NCBI GenBank assembly: GCA_001643675.2
Contig: LSRY02000024.1
Span: forward strand, 1,116,001 to 1,180,000
Source: Monocercomonoides exilis PA203
Taxonomy: Eukaryota; Protista; Preaxostyla
DNA: 64,000 bases
Direction: 5' to 3'
How positions within the stretch are numbered: the first letter of the stretch is position 1; every line of letters begins with the position of its first letter. Below are positions 53,401-64,000 of the stretch, piece after piece. The notes under the pieces are model-generated. The model was not told where the DNA came from. It did not search any database and was given only the letters and a program-made list of their open reading frames with translations. The translations under genes and the position numbers were made by a program.

Positions 53401-53611
53401 AAATAAACTCTTTTGTATTTTGCTAAATACGACCAATATTGCAGATTCTTTGTAATTTCTTTTTTAACACAGAGTTTTACTGAGCAAAGGAATTGAGTTT
53501 GACAATTATATTTTAATTTTGTCAATTATCAACAATGGTTTATTTTTTGTTTTTTGTTTTAAATATACTGTTACGCACAAATTGATCATTAACGCAACAA
53601 ACAGAATTGAA

Positions 53612-55056
53612 ATGTGCAATAAAGACAAATCAAATGATGATAATCAGGAGATGTCATGCACAGATAAGTTAAATAGTTTGCATAAATTGCGTATTTTCAA
53701 AGATTTCATGTTATATGTTTTTTGATGATCGAGGAAGAATTGTTTTCTGAACTGGAGAATTGTCCGGAAAGCGAGCAGAAAGTGAAAATCGAAGAAATGA
53801 ACGGACTTGTGGAGGAAATGAATGAAAAAGAATTCAAATCAGTTTTCAACACAGAATTGTATGATAAAATATTCAAAATGATTGAAGAAAAGAAAGTGTC
53901 AATGGAAAATACAATTTTGCTGCTGAAACATGTTGGATATTGTAAAGTTCTTTTGGACTGGTTCAGTTATGCCTTTAAAAGTTCTTTGCTGAGCAGAAGG
54001 TTTGAGAAAATGCTTGTTGATGAAGATAAGAAAAATGAAGAAAAGAACGAAAAGCTTTTAGCTGACCTTTGCGAATGCTTTATTTTGTTTGACCATTGCT
54101 TATCATCAGAATTGGATTTAATTTGTATTCCTTGCCTGATGAAATTTGCCTTGAAGAAAGATGAAAGCGAGGAGACTCGAAAAGAAGCGGAAATGGCTTT
54201 GTTAGCATTGAGCAGCATAAGGGATAATGTGTGTGAAATTCAATTTCCTTTATGAAATCAGAAATTTTATTCTTTATTTTTTTAAAAGTTTGTCGAACAA
54301 GAACTTTATCTGAATGATATCAAAGAAATCATCGAATATCATCAAGAACACAGAAATCTGACACGACTTGCCTATCAATCTGCTTGGCAGTTCTTAACAG
54401 ACCGATTTTTTATTGACAATAGCTTGGATGGAGAGATTGTGAGTGAACTGCATTTCACAAGAGAGGCAGCAAGAGAGCTGGAAGATCTGTCAAAGTGTGT
54501 GGATTGGAAGAAAGAGAAAGAAGAGGAAAAGGAAAAAGAAACGAAAGAAGAGCTTGTTATCGAGAGATGGTTCGATGAAATTTTTAATTTTTTGTACTTA
54601 AACGCATTGTGGATAGAAGAATTTGCTGGACTTATTGGAGGAGTTGTACTGGTGTATCGAGCAGCAAAAGGGAATAATGAGAAGATTGGCAGAGAATGTG
54701 TTTTTGTATTTGAAACGGCAGCAGAAACTAGAAGTGTGGACGTTGAAGAGCTTCTTAAAGGTGGAGCTGTTGATGTTGTTTTGGAGGGAATGCAGAGACA
54801 AACATTTAATGAAGGCATGACAAGCAAATGCTTACAATTCTTTACGACTATTTCAAGACGATTAGAAGAAAAGAAGAGGGATGATAAGGAAGAAGAGGAA
54901 AGAAAGGCAACGAAAAGGAAGGTTTTTGAAAAGATGGAAGAAGAAGGATACGAAGATATCATCGCAAGCTTTCATAAAATATTTGAGTTACTCAAAAACA
55001 AACATCAAGACTATAGATTATCGTTGAAAATTTCTGATTATTTTGTAAATGTTTGA
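53612..55056 (+). CDS. Expanded helical hypothetical family, copy C (intact, ~440 aa; introns 53676-53737 and 54229-54288)
   Basis: The exons splice to an uninterrupted frame MCNKDKSNDD...LFSELENC...SDYFVNV*. Confidence 0.85.
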
Positions 55057-55280
55057 GGAAATGTAATGCCATTCTATTTGTATCTCAAAAATTTCTTTAT
55101 TTTTTTTTCTTTTTTTTCATCATTTATTATTCGACACAACTTTGTAAATGTTTGAGAAAATGTGATTTTTATTTATTTTGTAACAAAAACTGTCTTTTTA
55201 ATACGCTTCACAAAATGGCAAAAATATTTAGGGTTGTAATTTGATCTTGACCTTTTTTTTTATCAAGACCTATTTTTTAT

Positions 55281-55415
55281 TAGAAGGTATTGGAATAAGA
55301 AAATTTTATTGAAATAAAAATAATAATTCGAATAACCAAAGTTTATTCCAGATAACACCAGTTTATTCGAATAAATAAAATTTATTCCAGAAAGACCAAG
55401 TTTATTCCAATAATT
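55281..55415. repeat. Array of ~20-bp units containing TTTATTC(C/G)RA; partner array at 60215-60340
   Basis: gtttattccagataacacca/gtttattcgaataaataaaa/tttattccagaaagaccaa/gtttattccaataa. Confidence 0.7.
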
Positions 55416-56159
55416 CCCTCAACAAAAATTTTAATGATCCTTTTTGTCAATTCGAATGTACTAAAAAATCAGTATATTTTTTGATAAAAAGATATTATTA
55501 ACACATGAATGTGAAATTCCGAAAAATTTTGTCTGACAGTTATGGTAAAAATTAAAAAATGGGAATAAATTTTTTGTTTTATGAATTTTGTTCCATTCTT
55601 CTCTAACATATATTTTTCTCAATTTTTCAATTTTTCAGTAATTATTTGCATAGTTTAGGTTGATTTATAATGAAATGATTGTAGAAAAAGTTTGGAACAC
55701 ATCTCAGTTTTTTTCACAGTTGGAAAAATTTTGCCCCAAATGATTATTTGAAAATTTGTTCCAAAGGATTGGAGATCAAATAGAATTACAAGAAACACTT
55801 CAAATAAAAAAGATGAAATCTACATAAATGTGAATGGATCATAATGATGTTCAATATTTGAAGGGTTTAACTCAATGAAACAAAAAGCGTTAATTATGCA
55901 AGGAATGGCAGGCTATTGATGAAATTATTTATTGAATCGATTAACGGAATTGAATTGAAAACAAACATATTATGCAGATTACGAATAAGCATTTCCTTTC
56001 GTAGAATTTCAAATGAGAAAATCCAATTTGGAGCAGAATGTTGCAAAGGGGAGAGTCCGTATGTTTAAGTACTTTAATACTTCGCATTCTTTCTCAAATT
56101 TCAATGAAGAGAGTTTTATTGCTCCTTCATTCCTACAACACAAATCAAAATAAGAAATG

Positions 56160-56510
56160 TCCTATTCATTTTGTGCAATACATCAACAAGAGGTGGAGGA
56201 TTGGATTTCAGGCAGTATCAATCAGAAGCTCCAAGTGACTATCATAATTGTTATTTCATCTTCTTCCACGATTGCGGTTGCAGTAATTCAACTCCTTATG
56301 TCCACGACGTGTATTTTCAAGATGATCACGAACTTTTTTCGTCGAATAACTCATTCTGTGAATGTTACACAACAAATATTGATGTTCAGAAAGTATAAAA
56401 CTGATGTAATTTTGTTATTTCATGGATTTGGACATATCATCATGCAGAAAAGATGAATGAGCTGAATACTGGGATGAAAGATCGGAAAATTGTTGTGGAT
56501 GGTAATTACA
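56160..56510 (+). pseudogene. Fragment of a Cys-containing expanded hypothetical family
   Basis: GGGLDF..NCYFIFFHDCGC..DVYFQD..FCECYTTN followed by in-frame stops. The family assignment is from memory. Confidence 0.5.
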
Positions 56511-58183
56511 AGAGCGATTCGCGCGGGATGAGTATGGCAAGTGGGAACTTGGTTACGTGTCATTTGAGTATTGGATAAAATGCAACTAGAATCTCATGCC
56601 AAGAGTATTTGTGGAGTTGCTCTGTGAGCAGTTGGAAGCAAGAAGCAGGCAAGCACAACTAACCTGCTTTTTTCATAGCCTTGTTCTGATTGCATGTGCA
56701 GCTCATTGGCTGCACAAGACAAGGCACATACTTCTCTTTCAGTTGCCAGAGATGGAATATTGGCTCTGTTCAGATACCGCAGATTTTTCTGTCTTCGAAC
56801 AGATCGTCCTGTTCCTCTCCCTCTTCTTCTTCTTCTTCTTCTTCTTCTTCTTCTTCTTCTTCTTCGCCATCAATGCATTCTGCAGCTTCTATGAATGTGC
56901 ATCATGATTTATTTCATCTTCCACAGCTGTGCATCCTGCTCTGCTTGGAGGTTTGAACGGCTTCCGCGAGATAACTGTGCTGATTGAGCGAATAGATATC
57001 GAGGGGAAATGGGAATTAGAGGAAGAAGCTGCCAGACACATCACAGTCATCCACTTGCTTTATATTACCCCGAGAAGCGAAGAGAAAGGAGTTCAAGCTC
57101 AAATGGATGAGGCAAAGAAGGTGAATTTCAGAAGCAAATTGAGCGCAGAGCAGAGGAAAGGGAACCTGCATGAAGAGCCAAAAGCGAAGACGAAGGCGAA
57201 GGAGAAAGACGAGTTTTGAACATCGCAAATTGATGCTTTCGACACAAGGTTTGCACAGGCAGCAGCAGTAAGGAGGAGGAGAGAAGAGTGGAGGTGATGA
57301 TGATGACGACGAATTGCAGCAGACATTCTGCTTGTTCGGCAGCTCACTCTTATCTTCCCTGTTGTGCACTCAACACATCACAGCCTCTTCTTCATTTGCT
57401 ACTCCTCCTTTTTCTCCCTTGCCACACACACAATTGTCTGCCCCTTCTGTTCATGTTGACACTCCGCTGAAGCCCCTCACGCCTTCATCTCCCTCCGCAG
57501 ACTCATCTTCAGTCCACAGGAGTTCAACTACACATCTCGCCCAAGCTCTGCCTCTTCGTCGAACATGTCTTCTCTTCCTTTCCTTCTTTTCCTCCTCTAA
57601 CAATTCGGTCATTGGGTTCTATCGCTCTCGAAGTGCTGCAGTCAATAAAAGTGCAAGGAATCTGCAAAAGTTAAGGAAACAGCAGATAGCAGAAGATCAG
57701 GAAAATTTCTTCTCTTAGTGCGAATGGAATGACTAAAAAACAACTGGAACATTATCATCCGCAACTGATAGAGTTTCAAGTGGAGGGGCGAACAACATGA
57801 ATAACCAGGTATCTGGAACAATTTCAGTGAACCATTGTTCATTCAATTTCTTTTCCGCAAGCAATTGGTTGTATTTTTTTTCTGTTTGATCAAAAATGTG
57901 AAGAATAAACTGAAAAAATAACAAAAAAAAATTAACATACGTTGTGAAATGATAAATTATATTTTGCAGCAAACTACAGGTCTATTTTGATAACTTTTAT
58001 TATTTGTGAATAATAGAAAATTTCTTATCATTGTTCATTTTACAAAAGCAATTCAAAGTTTTTCGATCATAAAACATTTTAAACAAATCTTATCAATTAA
58101 ATAGTTTTTTCAAGAATATAATTGAAATTTATTAACGCATTTATGCTGTTTAAGAAAGTGATTCAAGTGAATTTTTTTGAATA

Positions 58184-60193
58184 GGGTCATCTTTTTATTG
58201 GCACTTTTTTCTTTATTGGTACCAAAATTTTTTGAAATGAAAAAAAAGTTAAAAACACATCAAAAAAATACAAAACTCGAATCAATTACTCTTCTCACTT
58301 TTCTCTTTCCATTTTCACGTTCAAAGGTGTCAAATTCATCACTTGTTTCATCGTCATCATTCTTAATTTTTCTGAATTTTCTTTTCACTTTTTTCTCCAA
58401 AGGCAATTCTTCTTCTTCAATTTCCTTTTCTTTTTCTTCAGTTTCTTCAATTTTCATCTTGTGCTTTTCATTATATTCATCCCATTCATCAAGAAGTTTT
58501 TCTTTAGTTATTTCTTTTCCGAAGAAGTCGAAACAATGTGAATGAGAAGGAATGAAGTATTGAGAAGACTGAGGTAGCTTCATTAGAACAGATCCAGATC
58601 CATTGCTGAGGACTCCGCTGTTGATGAACGTTTTTTTGATCACCGATGGGGTGAATGCTGTGTGAAGGGCTTGTGGCAACACGTCTGCAACAGCTGTTCT
58701 TTTTGAAGATGAGTATGTGGATGATGGAGAGCTGTAATTGTTTGATAGCTCTGACTTCAATACTGCAAATACGCCTCTGTCCAGCGGCTTCGATATGTGC
58801 GTGGTGTGTGGAACGAAGGTGACGACGTCAATTTCGGCTTCCTTGAACTGTCTCCATATCGTTGGATCTGCCCGCGATGAGTGTGAATCCAGGAGAAGAA
58901 GGCAACGATGAGTTTCTTTAAGAATTCGCTTTCTTCTGTCAATGATAGCTGGCAGCAGGACTGTTAAGGTGTATTTTTTGAATGCTGTTTTGTCCATCCA
59001 GCCGTTTGTGTTTGGCCAAATGTCAAGCGACGGCGTTAACAGTGTTGTCAGTTCTTTCGGAAGATTTGCACTCGGCCACAGCACGACAGACGGAAGCGAG
59101 AAACCATCAGCAGCAATTCCAGCAACGAGAGTAGCATTCGGCATCCTTTCGGCAGTCTTTTTGAATCCAGCTTGTTCATCTGCTGGATGAACAACAATAC
59201 CACGTGTAGAAGTTGGAATTCGAAGCGAAGATTCATCTATATTGAAGATTAGTTCCTCTGGATATTTATTTTCGTCGTGTAATGCTTGTAATTCCGTATA
59301 CCACGGCTTTAGGACTTTCTGACAAGATGCTGCAAGTCTGTTAATATCAACTTGCTTTGGAAGTGATGACTTCAATTCCGGATGGCGCTTTATGAAGGCG
59401 TGAACCGTCTTTAGAGTAACTGTCTTTTTTATTTTTTCTTCATTTTCTCCTTCTTCTTCACTATCGTTAATTATATTTTCCATCTAAATACCAATTAATA
59501 TACAATTCAAATATTAATTACAAACCAGATCGCGCGCTTTTCGTAATGTGAGGCTTGTCCCAGATCGAGATTCTATTGTAACTTCTTCCAAGAATTGTTT
59601 TTCTTTTTCGCCGCTGATAATTGGCGGGTGCCCAACTTTTGCAATCGGCCTGCCGTTTTTTATGGCTTTAACTGCGTGCTCCAAAGATTTTTTGCTGATT
59701 CCTCCATATTTAACGCCGTCTTCCAGCCTGACAACATTGTCATTAACAATGTGCGCAATCCTTTCCAATCTTGAACTATATTTTCTGTAATGTAATGTAG
59801 GCATTGCTTCCTTCAGCCGCTTCTGCGCCGCTTCAGCTTTCTTTTTCACTAGCAATTTCATATATATATAATGTGAAATGATCGTTAATAAATTTTTTTA
59901 TTTATTAATTCTCATTAAAGAATTTTTAATTAATATTTAAATTTTTGAATGAATTAGAAATATTTACAAACCTTGGTGCAGTCCAATTTCTCACGAAAGC
60001 TCAATGGAAGGACTTGAACCCCCCCATTTCCCCCCCATGAGTAATTGGATTTCTTTCAAAATTCAAATATTAGAATACTTGACATTTGTATATATACCGA
60101 AAATATATTTTAAAATATTATTTGTGGGTCAGATTAATTTTTATTTAAAAAAAAGAGCCAATAAAGAAAAAAGTGCCAATAAAAAGATGACCC
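58184..60193 (-). mobile_element. Intact pogo/Fot1-like DNA transposon (2010 bp), 36-bp perfect TIRs, TA target duplication
   Basis: TA|GGGTCATCTTTTTATTGGCACTTTTTTCTTTATTGG at the left end and its exact reverse complement followed by TA at the right end. Confidence 0.95.
58260..59861 (-). CDS. DDE_1 (pogo-like) transposase, DD35D, ~519 aa, 2 exons (42-nt intron 59525..59484)
   Basis: Catalytic motifs FNIDES, LLLDSH and PLDRGVF, with 35 residues between D2 and D3. CTG|gtttgt...tttag|ATG joins an HTH-like N-terminal exon in frame. Confidence 0.93.
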
Positions 60194-60214
60194 TACCACA
60201 ATAAATTTTCTTTG

Positions 60215-60340
60215 AAAAAAGTTATTCCGAAAAGCCAGAGTTTATTCCAATTAATTTTTTTTATTTCAATAAAAATAATTTATTCCGAATAAACTTTGTT
60301 TATTTGAATAAGTTATTTTAATTCGAATAAAACCTTTCTA
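60215..60340. repeat. Second TTATTC(C/G)RA array
   Basis: gttattccgaaaag, tttattccaatt, ttattccgaataa, attcgaataa. Confidence 0.65.
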
Positions 60341-61139
60341 TTCTCATTGTATCTATTAATTAATCATTAACTTTTCCCACAATTTCATATTTTTAAATAA
60401 GCCTGTCTGACCTGACAAATCAATTTTTGCCTCGTCCATCACAAAAAAAAAAATAAATAAATAAAAAAAATAAAAATAAAAAAATAGAAAATTGGAAAAT
60501 AAAAGATTATTATAATTAAAATTAAATGAACATTTTGTTCTGACTTTGTTTTTTGAGCGTCTTTGTTTGTTTGTCGAAATTTGACAACAATTGATTTTTT
60601 CAAAAAATAGACCATCATAAAATATTTTTTAATTTCAAACAATCACATCCACTCTTCTGTTCTTCAAAAACATTCCAAAACGTTAGTGATCAATGCTTTC
60701 TTTAATTTCAGTGTTGTAGCTAACTCATTTTTGAAACATTTTGTCAGTTATTAGAATTAATGAAGTTTCAGTATTTTTTCGATTCAAGTGTTAGGACTAA
60801 ACAATCAAGCTGCCGAAAACTACAAAATCAGCATTACTGTTATCGAGTTGTTTACATTTGCTGAATGACTATTTTTAATTTGCTGTTCCCCTTTCTTTTT
60901 GTAAAATTAATTGTTTTGCGTTGTTACAACATTCTGTGAGCAGAATAAAAACATTTATCAAAGTTTCTTTGTTGTACCAAACGCTAATATTAACAAGCAG
61001 AAATTATTTGGCAAATCATTTGTTTGTTTAATGATATATTTCTCATGTTAAAGTGATTATTATATTTCACTTTGGATTCTATCCTTGTGCACAATATTGT
61101 TATTATAAAGAAATGATTTCGCTGAGTGAAAGAAAATAT

Positions 61140-62599
61140 GGCATATGCTCACTTTGCCTTACAAGCCAAAAATAATTCAAACGACTTTGTTTTTATTTAT
61201 TAATTGTTGCAATGCATAAATAACATGTTAATAATAGCGGGTTTTAGTTATTTCAATTCAAAAAGTGAATGAAACAATAAAAAAGTTATTATTTTAAATG
61301 ATTAAAAATGATAAGATTCAGAATATTCACTAGCATCTGCTCCATCTCCTGGGTCGTCGTAATCTTCTTCATGAATTTCAACTGCTTCCTGCTCAATTTG
61401 GGGAACATCTGCTTCATCGTCTCCTTCTCCATCATCATAGTCATGGGGAAATGCAGCTTCAGTAGGTTTATAATTCGTAACATTCCTCACAAATTCTGGG
61501 AATAGCATATCTTTTTCTTGTTGAAGAAAAATGAAGCAATAAAATCATCAAAGAACTTTTCTTTGATTCCACATGGAGGCAATGATCTTCTGAAATGAGA
61601 TCAACAACCTTCTATCAAATTTGTGCATACTCCAGTTTCTGTATTTTTGAATTCGTATTTGTGGCAAACTGTCTGATGTTTGTAACCTAATTCATTCAAG
61701 CACTTATATGCATCCCACTCATCACTGTAAATCGTTGTTATTTTCTGGATGTTGGCTTCAATGATGGGAATCAGAGTCTCCTTTTTTCTGTTTGGAACTC
61801 TGATAATTAAACATTTTCCAATTTCATCATTTTCTTTTCTTTCCACTGCACAAAAAAGCCATATTTGTTTCTTCTTTTTCCCTTTGTGGAACTTTCTTTT
61901 TCTCAGAATTGCCTCATCAATTTCCACAATGAATCCTTCTCCTCCAAGAGCAAACCTCACACTCGACATTCGAATTCCAATAGATGCTCTTGCAACAGAA
62001 TACCAATAACCAACTGTATTTCGACCAACTCCAGTGAAAAACGAGCATTGATCAATTCGAATTTTTAGCCAGAAGTGCAAAAGAATAAGAAAAATTGAGT
62101 AGATTTTGATATGACTTCCATAAAAAGATGTCTCCTTCAAATATGAAATGAATTTGTTACATGCTGAACATCTTTATGATCGATTTGTTTCATCAACTGT
62201 AGTTTGTTTCATATATCTTCTACAAGATGTGCATTTTTTCGTTTCATTAAAGTTGATAATATGAATGAACCACTCCCAACTCTTTTCTAAATCTTGAAAT
62301 AGCTTGTTATAATAAGCAACATCTGATTTCTTATCAGGAACAAGAGACATGAGCGAAAAAATAATTAATAAGCATTCGATTATTTTTGTTAAAAATACTC
62401 ATATTAACAAATTTTCCATTATTTGTGTTCAAACAAATAATTTTAATTATGGAATTTTTGATCTTTTCAAAAAAATTTTCATTTTTGATATAAGATTTTC
62501 CGCTGCTAATTTGAATTGATAATTGCTTGTTATAATATTTTTTATTGTTTTGAAATAAAATATATAAAATTTTCATGTAACGTCAAGTGTGCACTTGCC
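61140..62599 (-). mobile_element. Decayed Merlin (IS1595/ISXO2-like) transposon
   Basis: Imperfect TIRs: GGCATATGCTCACTTTGCCTTACA versus GGCAAGTGCACACTTGACGTTACA. The flanks GAAAATAT and GTAAATAA match at 6/8, consistent with an old 8-bp TSD. Confidence 0.8.
61302..62350 (-). pseudogene. ISXO2-like/Merlin transposase pseudogene
   Basis: CTSC..CSAC zinc ribbon, VEIDE, IYSDEWDAY, HQTVCH and TNLIEGC*. Has an in-frame TAA near 62175, a TGA at 61601 and a frameshift near 61520. Confidence 0.92.
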
Positions 62600-62874
62600 G
62601 TAAATAAATATTTCCAATTTTCTGTTCATGGAAATAAATCAAAAAGTCACTTTTGCAATCACAAACAATAACAAAATTTTACAAAACAATATTGTGACTT
62701 TATGACATTCACTTCTGAACTATCTTGAAAACAAATATGAAATTCAATTTATAACAAAACTCACAACAACTGAGCAAAAGATTCATAATATATTCATCTG
62801 ATCTAATCTAATCAGTTTTTCTTTTCCTTTTTACGTTTGTACGATTTTACTTCGGATAAAATCATTATTTATAA

Positions 62875-64000
62875 ATGATATCTGGAATTATAGATCCAGA
62901 GATGTTGCAATATTCACAAAACCAATCAATTAAAACTTTTAGAAGTGAAAGAGATGAAGAAAATGAGTGCACTACACCTAAAAATAGCAAAAATAAAGCA
63001 TCAAAAACTATGCAAAACGTTTCCAATTTTATTAATGAAGCTTCTCTTGAGGTTTGTTTTCATATTCGTGGAAAGAAATTATTTTCAAAACTATAAATTG
63101 ATTTAGTCTTTTTTTGGATTTGTGAAACGAATTTTACAATCAGAATCCGTTTTAATTGATGAAACAATTCAGCATCTTGATGAAACGTCATTTATAATAT
63201 CATCTCTAACTGCAAAAGCATTCACCAATCGAAGTGCTTTTTTACCAATTCACAACTATTTAACTTCTGTAACTTGTGTATTACTTCAAATTCTCATAAA
63301 ACAGTTACAGAACGAAAGTGACATTAAAGGAAATATTTCTGAACTGTTATTACACAACTTTTCATTTGTGGATCGTCTTATAAATTATTTCGTGATACTT
63401 TTAACTGGATGCGTTCCAAACGATACAGAGCCAAAATCATTTCAAGGAATATCTTTTCTTAAATGTGAATTTTCTACTAAAGATTTGCCAGCTGCGACTA
63501 ACGTCGCACAAAATATTTGGATGTGTCTTTCATTACTCCTTTTTTGTCACATTGCTGTAAATTCTTCAAGTGATGGTCACAGAGCTTCTCAAGCTGCAGG
63601 AGTTACTTATTTGCCATGCAATTCTCCCTCTATGAATATGATTTGTCCTTCTATCAACAATAAAGTGATTTTTTCTGATATAACAAAACTGCGCTTGATT
63701 GAAGATATACCAAACTTTCCAAGTGAATTCCTGAATGAAAGATCGAAAAAAGATTCGAGCTTATCTGGAACAGAAACGGAAGGAAAAAGCAAAGAAAAGA
63801 AAGAAAACAACGAAGACTCGATTAAATATATAGATTTTGAAAGATTTTCATTGAAAGAATTAATAAATACTGTGCTTCATGAAGCAGATCATCCATCAAC
63901 AACACTTCAGAAAGATGCTTCAAGTTCAAAGGCAGCAGAAGAAACTGCGGTGGAAGCGAAAACGAAGGTTAATACAGACAACTCTAAACAACTAGGCTCT
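62875..64000 (+). CDS. Hypothetical protein, 5' part (intron 63052-63106; runs off the window end)
   Basis: GAG|gtttgt...tttag|TCT joins to a stop-free frame that reaches the end of the window. Confidence 0.7.

Noticed and set aside
41842-55056. Inverted copies A and C as the long TIRs of one giant transposon
   Set aside because: The outer ends are diverged coding sequence without a TSD, and no transposase or polymerase lies between them.
55229-55272. TA|GGGTTG...ATCTTGACC..ATCAAGACC, a possible solo TIR of another GGG-ended element
   Set aside because: No partner end was found in the window.
55281-55415. Periodic repeats as a CRISPR-like array
   Set aside because: The units are ~20 bp and degenerate with no true spacers, there are no cas genes, and the context is eukaryotic.
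56590-57980. Several 60-130 aa ORFs
   Set aside because: No consistent frame or recognisable domain; treated as degenerate debris.
1-64000. tRNA, rRNA or snRNA genes
   Set aside because: None were recognised by eye; a covariance-model search would be needed to exclude them.

Overview
AT-rich eukaryotic genomic DNA with short GT-AG introns (mostly GTTTG donors), the standard genetic code, and many poly-Ser and Glu/Lys expansions. The gene content and the expanded hypothetical families resemble an oxymonad such as Monocercomonoides (inference from recalled family features, not from a search). The left ~39 kb is mostly housekeeping genes: KIF-binding protein, an acylated LRR-PP2C, a bacterial-type GH3 NagZ, alpha-tubulin, ribosomal P2, Med18, dolichol kinase, a large low-complexity protein, eIF3f and a giant (~2660 aa) ATG4. 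A nested cluster of pogo relics and a MITE interrupts it at 17.6-20.1 kb. The right ~25 kb is accessory. It has three copies of a 3-exon, ~440 aa helical gene family. Two copies clearly sit head-to-head with a decayed ABCC-transporter gene, the third probably does too, and two form an inverted duplication with patches of near identity. The same region holds an intact intron-containing pogo-like DD35D transposon with GGG termini and a decayed Merlin/ISXO2 element. Most short ORFs in the track are shadows of low-complexity sequence.
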